DNA of 64,000 bases from NCBI RefSeq assembly GCF_006345805.1, contig NC_043001.1, positions 89,218,001 through 89,282,000 on the forward strand. The letters run 5' to 3'. The notes below the pieces were generated by a model that was given only the letters and a program-made list of their open reading frames with translations, was not told where the DNA came from and made no database searches. Position numbers and translations under genes: made by a program. How positions within the stretch are numbered: position 1 is the first letter of the stretch; each line of letters begins with the position of its first letter. Of the stretch, positions 51,031 through 63,349 are shown piece after piece. This DNA comes from Octopus sinensis. Its lineage: Eukaryota.

Positions 51031-51120
51031 AATGTAAATACCTCTTGGAAAGCAAATTTACAGCAGCATTTGTTAGGGGATACATTTTAAGGATATACAG
51101 TGTTTAAAAACACAATATAC
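50845..51120. repeat. Tandem duplication (129 and 147 bp units)
   Basis: GTGTATATACATG...CTCTTGGAAAGCAAATTTACAGCAGC...ACACAATATAC occurs twice; the units differ mainly in (GT)n length. Confidence 0.9.
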
Positions 51121-51712
51121 AGCATGTCTATAAGAAATATTATCTTTCGAAAAACAGTGCAGTAAATTTGCTTTTCAAGATGTGTTTACATTAAGTATAA
51201 TACACAGCTGACTATTTTAATCAAATATTGCTTCTGTTGCATATAACAGATCAAGAATTAATCTTGTATGGTATTAGACATACCTGTATTTATCTGTGTT
51301 GTTCAAATACATTCCACTGTCCACTCTTAGTTATCATTCTTAGCTCATTTTTGTTTAAATTATGAAATTATCTATGCCAAAAATGTATTCTGCTCTTTTT
51401 TCGTATAAGTCTTACTGGAAATGAGGTGATGACCGCTATTGAGCCAAAAACACATTTACATGACTCTCTTCTTATCTCCTAACAATAAGCTAATCCTTTT
51501 CCTTAATGGCATGTCAGTTCTGGAGAATTCTTGATTCGTGTAATTGAGATTACCACCCCTTTTCACAAGTGGAGCTGACCCTCATTGCCATTTGGTAATT
51601 ATGATACATGCTCTTCTAGAGGCAGAGATAATTTTAATAAATCAATCATTTTTGATGTGTGTGTGCATATATATATATATGTATATAATGTGTGATGCAT
51701 TTATCTTTACAG

Positions 51713-51768
51713 AAAACCATCGGCTACAGTCTTCCTATGAAAATCATCTTATAGTAAAAATGGTTTCA
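51713..51768 (+). CDS. ANO10: Anoctamin-10 coding exon E (ENHRLQSSYENHLIVKMVS)
   Basis: atctttacAG / GTAAGT; 56 nt, phase 1 to 0. Contains the ENHR...YxNHLIxK motif. Confidence 0.95.
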
Positions 51769-51995
51769 GTAAGTTACCATAATCTTTGTTTGCTCCCCCA
51801 TTTATTTTTATATATATTCTTCACAATGTATTTTCTCTCCATAGAACAGTTGTTGTCCAACTTTGACCACTCTTTATACTTCATGACCTATAAATGCCCT
51901 ACACTGTCTACTGTGTCCTAATCTGTCCACCAAATATATTTTATTGTTACCACTCACTGTAATGGATTTTCGTGTGTGTGTGTCTGTGTGTGTGT

Positions 51996-52034
<39 letters not shown>

Positions 52035-52244
52035 CGTGTGTGTGTGTGTTCGTGTGTGTGTGTGTGTGTGGAAGCAAGTGGCTTAGTGGTTAGGGTATTG
52101 CATTCATGATCATAAGATTGTGGTTTCAATCCTGGACTGAGCGATAGATTGTGTCCTTGAGCAAAACACTTCATTTCATGTTGCTTCAGTCCCCTCAGCT
52201 GGGAAAATGAGTAATCCTGTCACAGATTGGTATCCTGCCCAGAC

Positions 52245-54380
52245 AGTACCCTGGTAGATAAAGCAATTAAGGATATGAAGACAGGAAAAGCCCATCAGGA
52301 ATCAGTGCTGAGATGCTTAAAATATCCAGCAGTGTGGGTTATGGTCTAGTCACCTGTATTGTAAATCAGGTGGTTCATGAAGGAGTAATACCCAATGACT
52401 GGTGTAGCAGCACCATAGTCAACTGCTACAAGGGTAAAGGTGATGCCTTAGATAGAAATAATTACAGAGGTTTCAAATTGTTGGATCAGGTGATGAAAGT
52501 TGCAGAGAGAGTCATAGCCCAACTAATCAGGGAGAGAGTTAGTCTAGATGAGATGCAGTTTGGGTTTGTGCCAGGTAGAAGCACTACTGATGTTATATTT
52601 CTCATAAGGCAACTGCAGGAAAAATACCTAGCCAAAGATAAACCTCTGTATTTGGCTTTTGTTGACTTGGAGAAAGCTTCTGACAGAATCCTCCAATCCC
52701 TTATCTGGTGGTCAATGCAGAAACTAAGGATAGACGAGTGGTTGGTGAGAGCTGTACAAGCCTTGTACAGGGATGCTATCAGTAGAGTGAGGGTGGGCAA
52801 GGAGTACAGTGAAGAATTCAGGGTACAAGGATTCACCAATAATCGGTGCTCAGTCCCCTCTTGTTCATCATAGTCCACCAGGCAATAACAGAGAAATGCA
52901 AGACAGGCTGCCCCTGGGAGCTCCTCCATGCTGATGACCTTGCTCTTATAGCTGAATTACTGCCTGAACTAGAGAAGTTCCAGGCATTGAAACAAGGTCT
53001 AGAATCAAAGGGCCTTAGAGTTAACCTAGCAAAAACCAAAGTCATAGTCAGTAGGAAGGCAGACAACTCACAAATCCCCTCAGATAGATGGCCCTGTTCA
53101 ATCTGTAGAAAAGGTGTAGGTAGAAACTCCATAAGATGTACGAAGTGTAGGCTTTAGACACACTAAAGGTGCAGTAAAATCAAAGGAAGGTTAACAGAAA
53201 CTATCCTTTGTATGTGGGAGGTGCACAGGCATAGTAAATGCTGAACATGTGCAGAAAATAGACTCTATCAACTGCCAGTGAAGCAAGCTAGAGGTAGTAG
53301 ATAGATTCTGGTATCTAGGCAACCAGGTTAGTAGTGAAGGTGGATGTTCTGGGAGCATAGCTGGGAGAATAAGATTAGGTTGAGCAAAGCTCAGAGAGCT
53401 TCTACCCCTGCTAGCAACAAAGGGCCTCTCTCAGAGTGAAAGGCAGATTGTTTGATGTCTGTGTGTGAACAGCAATGCTGCATGGCAGTGAAACATGGGT
53501 TATAACAGCTTAGGACATGCATAGGCTTGAAAGAAATGAAGTCAGTATGCTTTGCTGGATGTGCAATGTCAGTATGCATGTTCAACAGAGTGTAAACATC
53601 TTGAGAGAAAAGTTAGGCATAAGAGGAACCAGATGTAGTGTGCAAGAGAGGTGACTGCACTGGTGTGGTCATGTGATGCATATGGTCAAGGACAGCTGTG
53701 TAAAGAAGTTCCGATCTTTAACTGTGGAGGGAACCTGTGGTAGAGGTAGACCCAGGAAGACATGTGACGTGGTGGTGAAGCATGATCTTTAAACCTTGAA
53801 CCTTACAGAGGCAATTACTAGTGACTGAGACCTTTGGCAATGTGCTCTGCTTAAGATGACATGCCAAGCCAAGCACACCCATGCTGGTGAGTTCCTTTTG
53901 AGTGTTGGGCCTCATGAAGGCAAGTGGCTGAGTTCCTTTTGAGTGTTGGTCCTCACAGAGGCGAGGTGACTGAGTTCCTTTCAAATATTGGACTCCATGG
54001 GGGTAAAGTGGTCGAGTTCCTTTCCCGTGTTGGGCCTTACAAAGGCAATGACCAAGACCTTTGGCATTATGTCATGCTTGAGAAGAAGACCCATCAAGCC
54101 AAGCAAAATCACAGTTATGGAAGATACGATGTCACGTAAATGGCACCCATGCCAGTGGTATGTAAAAACACTCATTACTCTCTCAGAGTGGTTGGCATTA
54201 GGAAGAGCATCCAGCCATAGAAAACCATGCCAAATCAGACTAGAGCCTGGCACAGCCTTCCACTATGCCATCTCAGTCAAGCCGTCCAACCCATGCCAGC
54301 ATGGACAACAGATGTTCAACGATGATGATGGTGGCGGCGGTGGTGGTGGTGGTGGTGGTGGTGGTGGTGATGATGATGAT
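52245..54380 (+). mobile_element. RTE LINE, older degraded subfamily copy
   Basis: RT motifs NYRGFKLL, QFGF, FVDLEKA, HADD and the PHD-like insert, with many stops and frameshifts. The 3' UTR has a different 41-42-bp tandem repeat but the same terminal tail. Confidence 0.9.
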
Positions 54381-54476
54381 GATTATTTGTTAAAATGATA
54401 TATCAGTGTTATTTTCATTTTTGCATAATTTAGAAGACAATATATTCACTACATCCTATATATATATATATATATA

Positions 54477-54659
54477 CTTTATTTAAAAGCAGCAGAAAAT
54501 TCAACAAAACCTGTTACTCTGAGTTTCACGTTCCTGTTTGTCGGACAGTTTTTGCTAGCAAAGGTTTTGTTGAATTTTCTGCTGTTTTTAAATAAAGCAT
54601 ATTACTCTACCACTGAGTACTCTTTTTCCACCTTGTTTCACATTTATGTGTTTACTCCA

Positions 54660-54660
<1 letters not shown>
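54477..54660 (-). mobile_element. Short hairpin element with 36-bp inverted arms and degenerate HHR core
   Basis: Arms 54477-54512 / 54562-54597 (35/36 identical). Minus-strand core CTGT-CCGACAA-AC..GT-GAAA-CT-CAG-AG-TA-ACAG. (TA)n on both flanks. Confidence 0.6.
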
Positions 54661-54697
<37 letters not shown>

Positions 54698-54783
54698 GTA
54701 TATATGTATATGTATATATGTATATATATATATGTATATATATATGTATATATATATATGTATATATATATATTATATGTATA

Positions 54784-54863
<80 letters not shown>

Positions 54864-54916
54864 GACATATGTATGTATGTATGTATACATATATATTTCT
54901 TTTCTTTTCTTTCCAG

Positions 54917-54991
54917 TTCAACTTTGTCAACTGCTTCATGTCTCTGTTTTATATGGGTTTTTACCTGCAAGATGTCACTCTTCTACGTAGT
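54917..54991 (+). CDS. ANO10: Anoctamin-10 coding exon F ([25 protein letters not shown])
   Basis: ttttctttccAG / GTGAGT; 75 nt, phase 0 to 0. Contains the FNFxNCFxSLFY motif. Confidence 0.95.
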
Positions 54992-55537
54992 GTGAGTATA
55001 CACTATACGCTATTTATAAGATGTATCTTTATGTGAATGCAGCTGTGTGTATATGAGTGAATGTGGCTGTAAGTCTGTGTCTCTGCTTGTCTCTTACACT
55101 TAACCCCTTTTACTGCAGAAATCAGATATATCCACTCAAAATTTCGTTACCCTTTACAGTGGGAAGCAGTTCTATCTTTTGGTGAGGAATGTCATGTTTG
55201 AAATTATTTTCTGTTGATATATCTTAAGCTTATTAAGGCAACATGACTTATAGAAAAATGCCAATTCTACTCTTTGGTAGAAATTTCACATCCTTACTGG
55301 AATAACCATGACATTTAATTACACATTTAAAGGGTCAAGAGTTCCAGAGCACAGAAATATGTTGGAACAAATTTTATCCAAAAAGACATTTGTTTAAGAG
55401 TACATCAGTTGAAACATGTTATTATTATAATGTATTGTTTTTGCTTAATTCACAGACTACATAGGCAAACTTTGCAATTTAGTATTATTATGATCTGTAC
55501 GTATATAAATGCTTATGTCCAAGTTAATGCATGAATT

Positions 55538-55538
55538 G

Positions 55539-55611
<73 letters not shown>

Positions 55612-55870
55612 TCATCTATCTGTCTGTCTGTTTGTCTGTATGTATGTATGTATGTATGTATGTATGTATGTATGTATGTATGTATGTATGTATGTATGTA
55701 TGTATGTATGTATGTATGTATGTTTGTTTGTATGTATGTCTATCTGACTATCTGCTTGTCTATTTGTCTATTTGTGTGTCTGACTGTTTATCTGCCTATC
55801 TGACTATCTATCAATTTGTTTGCTAATCTGGCTGTCTGTCTATCTATCTACCTATCTATCTATCTATCTA
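55538..55870. repeat. Compound microsatellite (TCTA)n(TCTG)n(TATG)n; representative of dozens of (TA)n, (CA)n, (TAA)n, (GAT)n and (GA)n tracts
   Basis: Seen directly in the sequence. Confidence 0.95.
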
Positions 55871-56060
55871 GACAGACAAGCAGATAGACTGTGTGCCAAC
55901 TTGATGTACACACACATCATGCACAGACAATTTTACTACTGTTTAAGATTCGTTTTGTTAAATCTTTACTTAAACTGCTAATGGACCAATACATACTCAA
56001 ATGACTCCTTAACCAAGTATTCAAATGTATGCAATAACTGATGTTTTCTGTTGCCTTTAG

Positions 56061-56255
56061 GATTTGGTGGCACTGTTGATTACTCAACAAGTTATTGGTC
56101 AACTGCAAGAGTCAGCCTTGCCTTTCCTGATTTTGAAGTTTTGGACAAAGAAGGTTGATAAAGATGCTGGAAAGGGTGAAAAATGGGAAGAGGAAGGACT
56201 CCCCCAAGAGTTGATACAGCAAGCTTATGATGAAGCTTCATTGGAGAAATACTTG
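56061..56255 (+). CDS. ANO10: Anoctamin-10 coding exon G (DLVALLITQQVIGQLQESALP...ASLEKYL)
   Basis: ttgcctttAG / GTGAGA; 195 nt, phase 0 to 0. TM6 LLITxQxxxQxxESxLP carries the Ca2+-site Glu. Confidence 0.93.
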
Positions 56256-58879
56256 GTGAGATATTTAGGATCAAAAGTAAAACCTTTTTGCTGACTATTT
56301 TTAACAGTTCCCCACTCATCTATTTTTTACCTGTCATCCCTAGGTCCAACCCTATATCATGGTATCACCATTCTCTGCACAAAGGAATGTCACACAACTT
56401 TAATGAGTGACACTGGATAGTTTTGTAGGAGGTAGCAATAAATCCTCCACCCCTTTAAGAATACTTTAACTTGTGATACTTTTCTTCAGTCTTTCCAACA
56501 ACCTATGCCTTTTTATTTATGTTGTAAGGGAGCGAAAGCATGCACTTTCATTCTGTTTTACATCTGTTTTTCCATGGTAGCATGGATTTGACAAATATAT
56601 TATCAAATCATTGTTTCACATGTCTTCAAGGGCATGAAGCAAGTAGACAATTTGTTGACTGGAAGGATAAACAGCAACAACATGATTGGTTGCAACTTTC
56701 ACAGTGTGCAGATGCAAAAGAACAAACACATATGCACGCACGGACACACACACACACACACACAAAACCACAATCACACACACACACGCGTGCATGTGCA
56801 CACACACACATACATATTCACACATATCCACATATGTGTGCGCATGTGGGTGTGCATATAACAGGTTTCCCTCTGCTTCCAGTTACCAAATTCACTCACA
56901 AGGCCATGGAGTGGCCCAGGGCTACAGCACCTAATCAAAGTGCTGCACAGTGGTGGTGAGTACCTGAAACTACATGCTTGGGGAGTGAACTGCCTAACTA
57001 CACAGCTTTGGAGATAATTTATACAGAAATACATTAGCGGTGATGTCATAAGTTCAAGCCTTTTTGTAGTTATTACACTTTGTCAAAGTGAAGTGTAGAT
57101 AAATCTACTTATTTCTTTACTGCCCACAAGGAGCTACACACAGTGGGGACAATCAAGGACAGACAAACGGATTAAGTTGACTACATCAACACCAGTGCGC
57201 ACTGGTACTTATTTAATCATCCCCGAAAGGATGAAAGGCAAAGTCGACCTTGCCGGAATTTGAACTCAGAACTTAAAGATAGGCAAAATACCGCTAAGCA
57301 TTTCGCCCAGTGTGCTAACGTTTCTACCAGCTTGCCGCCTTAAATCTACTTACTTTTGTCTACGTGAAAGGCAAAAGATATCATTCCCATCTGATAGGTA
57401 AGTGGTCAAAAGAGAGCCACAAAGTGAAAAGGAGAAATATCACCATCATCATCATCATTCAACATCCGTTTCTTGTGCTGGCATGGGTTGGACAGTTTGA
57501 CAGAAGCTGGCAAAACAGAGGACTGCACCAGGCTTTACTGTCTGTTTTGGCTTGGTTTTTATGGCTGAATGCACTTCCTAATGCCAACCACCTTACAGAG
57601 TGAACTGGGTGCCTTTTACAGTATATATAAATTATTTCCTTATTTTAATCTAAACAAAGTTGCTATTATATTTACACACTTAAAACAAAAGATCAACCCT
57701 TATCTCATCTTAAAATATATTTTCTGTTATCTTCCAACATAGTTTATCTTTTAACTCACTTTACAATTCATGATTCATCTCTTATCTTATGATTCATCTC
57801 ATCCTATAAATGATTGTTTTTGTGTTTCATCCTTCCCTTAATTTATTTCACCTAATAACTAGCCAATCTTGATCTTACTAGGAAATCTTCATGCAGTCAC
57901 TTGACCTACTATAAATAGCAATCAAATGTTCCTCAAATCATACCCAGCCATTTTAACCCTTTTAGATTATACCCTTGCTGCTGTTTTTACTATCTTATTT
58001 CTGTACTGCCCACAAGGGGCTACACACAGAAGTGACAAACAAGGACAGACAAAGGGATTAAGTCGATTATATTGACCCCAATGCGTAACTGGTACTTAAT
58101 TTATCGCCCCCAAAAGGATGAAAGGCAAAGTCAACCTCAGCGGAATTTGAACTCAGAACATAACGGCAGACAAAATACCGCTAAGCATTTCACCCAGCAT
58201 GCTAATGTTACTGCCAGCACGCTGCTGTTTTTACTATCTTATCACCAAGTAAATGATATACATTTTTTTACTGTATTATTTATGTTTCCACCAACATAAA
58301 GTTTTGAATATCAAGCCAAAACTACATCCCCAAAGACTAGGATTCTTCCTTTGAATTAAAAATCACTTCAGCCTGGATTAGTGACTGAACTTCTATGAAG
58401 CTATACCTTACTGTAATATCTACTTACAACTAAGTGAAGTGAATTATTGTAACCAAGTATTTGGGCCATGAATACACCCTAGCACCTGTGACAAGATATA
58501 AAATAACAAACAAGACAGTTTCTACATGGTTGTACAGCCTGCAAGAATTTCCAGTCAAATATCCCTGAAATCACCACTCTGCTATGTTAAAAAAGGAAGG
58601 ACACATAGAATAATGAAATCCTATAGTGATATGACTGAATGGTTACTGATAGAAGAAAAACAATTGACTCAGAAAAACGAACAGGTACAGGCATGGTTGT
58701 GTGGTTAAGGAGTTTGCTTTGCAACCATATGGATTCAAGTTCAGTCCCACCATGCAGCACTTTGCGCAGGTGTCTTCTTCTGTAGTCCTGGGCCAGCATT
58801 GCCTTGTGAGTGAATTTGGTAAATGGACACTATGTGGGAACCCATCTTCTATATATGTACATATATATATATATATTGT

Positions 58880-59400
58880 GTAAGATATAAGTTAAAGGTA
58901 ATGTAACCATCTAAGGGATAGAGGTATCCAAAGGCACTCCTGGTATTACCTCAGTATGTATGGTCCTTGTTATAAGGTATACGGTAGTAGGTAATTCAAA
59001 AGGTAAAACCGTGGTTTAATATATATAAAAACGATAAGAAATGGAGCAATAATAAGAGTTAGAAATGGGTCATTGGAGTTTTAAAGTCATTTAATTAAGA
59101 TGAGAGTATGTTTACAGCTGTTTCGGTATATCAAGCTGGGGTAAATTTACATTTACCTTATTGCAAGTGATAGATATCATCAGCACAATTATATGGAAAA
59201 GATAAATAGAAGTAAAATAGAAAGAAGATTTAAGGAAAAAAAAAGTAAAATGTTCGTTAATTCAATCGTCTTACATTTTAGTGAGGTCCATAATTCAATA
59301 TATCAGTTGGAGGATAGAAGAGAAGAGAAGAGAGTTAGTTAAATCCAAGGTCTTATAATTAGTTTCATAGTTCCAAGTGTTCATAGGTTCTAACATCTGG
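58880..59400 (-). mobile_element. PLE-type terminal fragment with HHR-like motif
   Basis: Minus strand 59189-59108 reads CTGATGA..TATCA..TGATA..CC-GAAAC-AGCT-GTA. The fragment abuts (TA)n at 58880. Confidence 0.5.
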
Positions 59401-60520
59401 TGCTAATGGCTAGCCATTATCATCAGAGAAAGGTAATTAAAATTCATTAAAATGACAGATCTGTCGGGCTTTCAAAGAGGTCAATTTATTGGTGCTTGTA
59501 TGGCAGGCGTTAGCATAATGGAAACAGCTGAAATGTTTGGTGTATCAAGTACTGCCTCAAAAGTAATGACAGCCTTTAAGAAAGAGGGAAAAACCTCCTC
59601 ATCGAAACAAAACTCTGGAAGAAAGCCAAAACTTTCAAATAGGGACCATCGGACTCTTACACAAATTGTTAGAAAGGATCACAAAAGTACAGCTCCCAAA
59701 ATTACTGCAGAGATTAATGACCACTTCGGGAAACCCAGCTTCCATAAAAACTGTTTGCTGGAAACTGCACAAAGCCAGATTTCACAGGATGGCTGCAATC
59801 AGAAAACCACTACTTTCAAAAATAAACATTGCATTTAGAGTAGAGTGAAAACTTACAGAATTGGTCCTTAAAGCAGCGGAAGAATGTTATTTTCTTGGTC
59901 AAGTCATCCTTTACCTTATTTCCAACCACCGAGTGAGTATATGCATGGAGACAGGCAAAATAAGCATTTGACTCAGACTGCCTTCTTCCAACTGTTAAAC
60001 ATGAAGGAGGATCTGTGATGATCTGGGGGGGCTATATCTTGGAAATCTGTCAGCCCAATGGTTTCCCTTCATGGCAGAATTAATAGTCAAGACTATTTTA
60101 GCAGTTTATCTGATCAAATTCATTCAAATGTTGCAGAACTGTTTCCGGAGAGAAAAACAATCTTTCAGGATGATAATACACCAATACAGACAGCTAAAGT
60201 TGTTACTGAATGGCACAAGGAACATTCTAGTGAATTTGAACATCTTATCTGGCCACCACAGTCCTCAGATCTCAATGTTATTGAACATTTATGGTGCATT
60301 TTAGAAAAACAAGTAAGGAGTCAATATCCTCCACCATCATCACTACAAGAACCTGAGACTGTTTTAGCTGAAGAATAGGCAAAAATTCTTTTGGAAACTA
60401 TTCAAACTTTGTACAAGTCCATACCTCATAGAATTCAGGCTGTAATTACTGCCAAAGGTGGTCCAACCCCATATTAAAATAAATTTGTTTGAAATGTTTC
60501 CATTATTTTGTCCAACCCCC

Positions 60521-60521
<1 letters not shown>
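59400..60521 (+). mobile_element. Tc1-family transposon, degraded, right TIR only
   Basis: HTH-region ORF DLSGFQRGQ..GRKPKLSNRD; GGSVMIWG; IFQDDNTP ... WPPQSSDLNVIEHLW (DD34E). TIR GTTTCCATTATTTTGTCCAACCCCCG|TA. Confidence 0.9.
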
Positions 60522-60557
<36 letters not shown>

Positions 60558-61397
60558 AATGTCTGTCTTCCTTGCTGGCATGGATTGGATGGTTTGACAA
60601 GAGCTGCCAAGCCAGAAAGCTGCACCAGGCTCCAATTGTCTGTTTTGGTATGTTCTACAGCTAGATGCTCTTCCTAACACTAATCACTTTACAGAATGTA
60701 CTTGGTGCTTTTTACATGGCACTAGCACAGATGACTTCATTTTGTTGATCATCATCATCATCATCGTCATTGTTTAATGTCCGCTTTCCATACTAGCATG
60801 GGTTAGACGATTTGACTGAGGACTGGCGAACCAGATGGCTGCACCAGGCTTCAATCTTGATCTGACAGAATTTCTACAGCCGGATGCCCTTCCTAACATC
60901 AACTACTCCGAGAGTGTAGTGGGTGCTTTTACATGCCACCGGCACGGGGGCCAGTCAGGCAGTACTGGCAACAACCTTGCTCAAATGTTTTTTCATGTGC
61001 CACCGGCGTTGTTGTCTCACATTAATAGTGAGACACCTATACGCTATTAGATTTAAGTGGCAAAAGTTTGTACAGCACTTCTGTCACTCTCTCAGCCTCC
61101 ATAGTATGTTCTGGTGACAAGTATTGCAAGATGTTTGACACTATTTTGATTGCAAGTTTTATGCCAGAGTACCTTTCTCTTAGAAGAGTTGCCTTCCCCA
61201 TGGCTTTGTCAAAAATAATGGGAACCTCCTCTACCCCTGGGAAATCTATTTAACTCATAGATGGGACCCTGACAGGTATTGTCAAAATGGACCTGGGAGT
61301 AATGGCAATTAAGGGGTGACTCCATACTCCCCAGAACTCCAGAACTCCCAAACTGGAGCCTCACATACAAGTGGATATAAACACACACACACACATA

Positions 61398-61428
<31 letters not shown>

Positions 61429-61429
61429 T

Positions 61430-61700
61430 TATCATCATCATCATCATCATCATCATTTAACGTCCTTTCTGCATGCTAGCATGGGTTGGACGGTTCGACC
61501 GGGGATCTGGGAAGCCAGAAGGCTGCACCAGGCTCCAGTCTGATCTGGTAGTGTTTCTACAGCTGGATGCCCTTCCTAACGCCAACCACTCCGTGAGTGT
61601 AGTGGGTGCTTTTTACGTGCCACCTGCACAGGTGCCAGGTGAGGCTGGCAACGGCCACGATCAGATTGGTGCATTTTACGTGTCACTGGCACGGAAGCCA
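61430..61700 (-). mobile_element. Stand-alone RTE 3'-tail repeat (representative of many copies)
   Basis: GGAGTGGTTGGCGTTAGGAAGGGCATCCAGCTGTAG...CCATGCTAGCATG...(GAT)n matches the RTE 3' UTR end. Other copies near 1770, 5230, 19480, 20610, 25680, 27980, 30185, 35590, 48520, 57440, 60545 and 60760. Confidence 0.85.
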
Positions 61701-61705
61701 CACAC

Positions 61706-61801
<96 letters not shown>

Positions 61802-61824
61802 ATACATATGTGTGTGTGTGTATA

Positions 61825-62038
61825 CGGTGGGGAGCAGAAAAGTTCCTGACTTTAAGGCTATTGTGAAAAGCCTGGTTGGAGGCCCAACCTTCAGAGTTTT
61901 ACAAGGCTTAGAAAAACCGAGGGACTGTTGCAATAAGTGTGTGAATCTGACAGGGGAATATGTTGAATAAAACCATGATTAACTGATCCTCCTGTATTTT
62001 CTTTTACCCAAAACCAGGAACTTTTCAGCACTTCCTCA
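61825..62038 (+). mobile_element. Mariner-derived MITE (214 bp)
   Basis: TA|CGGTGGGGAGCAGAAAAGTTCCTG ... CAGGAACTTTTCAGCACTTCCTCA|TA; retains the transposase end NKCVNLTGEYVE*. Confidence 0.75.
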
Positions 62039-63021
62039 TACATGTGTGTGTGTGTGTTTTTGTTTTTCCCCTTCACTGCTTGATAGCCAGCGCCTGTATG
62101 TCTTCATCTCTGTAACTTACCAGCTCAGCAAAAGAGACAGATAGAATGCATGCCAGACTTTTAGTCTGCTAAACCCTTCAAGATAGTGCCCCAGGATGGC
62201 TGCAGTCCAATAACTGAAACAAATAAAAGAATAAAAAGACCAACAAAATAAGTAAGCAAGGGATCCCTGGATTACACCTAGTTGCTTGATTAATTAGCTA
62301 TGGGCCCCCAAGTTAGCTCAAGTTGGTGCTGCTCTAGAAACAACAACCAACTCTACATTAAACCAACAAGGCAGCCACTAAGTGGCCACTCTAGCCACAA
62401 GAAATAGCAACCAAAGTTTCCTCTGATTAGACTTTCAATTAGGGCTCAACAATAAAAACAACAATGGACTTTAATCTTTGTCCAGTTAACTTTACCATTT
62501 AATCTCTAATCTTATAATCTCCTTTTAGTTTATCTCAGAATGAGTGATAACACAAATTCTCACAGATCTATTAGCAGAATTTAAAATGTAATCTTTCTGT
62601 AGGATAGTAAAGGCAAGTGGCCTAGTGGTTATGATGTTGGCCTCACAATCATAAGGTTGTGGGTTAAATTCACATTCAAGGAGGCATATTATATCCTTGA
62701 GCAAGGTACTTCATTTCCTGTTGATCCAGGCTACTGAAACAACTGATAGTGCATATCTCTCTATCTCTCTCTCTATCTATCTCTCCCTTGCTCTCTCTTT
62801 TTCTCTCACTTGCTAGCTGTTACAACCTCAATGATGCCTTGAATCAAGGGTGAGAGTTGAGAAGGTGTATATGCCTGCTCACATCTGCATAGACACCCAA
62901 AGCGACAAGCAAAAGCAGGTTGCAATGTTTCAAGTCATAATCACATGCAAGTAACGGCTGTGTTTCTTTTTAGCTTGTACAACTGTTCAATTCTTTTTCT
63001 TGTACTTTATATATATTTCAG

Positions 63022-63213
63022 GGCACTTTAGATGACTATTTGGAGCTTTTCCTACAATTTGGTTATGTATTCCTGTTCTCATCTGTCTACCCACTTGCAG
63101 CATTTTGGGCTCTTCTCAACAACATATTTGAATTGCGCATTGATTCATTCAAAATGTGTTGTGTCTTCCGACGTCCATTTCCACTCTCTGCATCAAGCAT
63201 TGGTGCTTGGCAG
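63022..63213 (+). CDS. ANO10: Anoctamin-10 coding exon H ([64 protein letters not shown])
   Basis: atatttcAG / GTAAGT; 192 nt, phase 0 to 0. TM7-TM8 Ca2+ ligands DDYLE and NNxxExxxD are intact. The eight exons total 1485 nt = 495 codons with no stop. Confidence 0.97.
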
Positions 63214-63219
63214 GTAAGT

Positions 63220-63349
63220 AACTGTTGTGAAGGATCTCCACTCGAAACGTTAAATCCTCCTTCTTTCTTTCCTTTCCTGGGCGTCCAATAACACTATACT
63301 TATTCCACGTCCTCACGTTGTTGAGTTTTCTCTTTGTTCATGTTTGGAT

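Noticed and set aside
53889-54050. CRISPR-like regularly spaced repeats (also 15510-15817)
   Set aside because: The units are contiguous diverged tandem repeats inside LINE 3' UTRs, with no unique spacers and no cas genes, in eukaryotic DNA.
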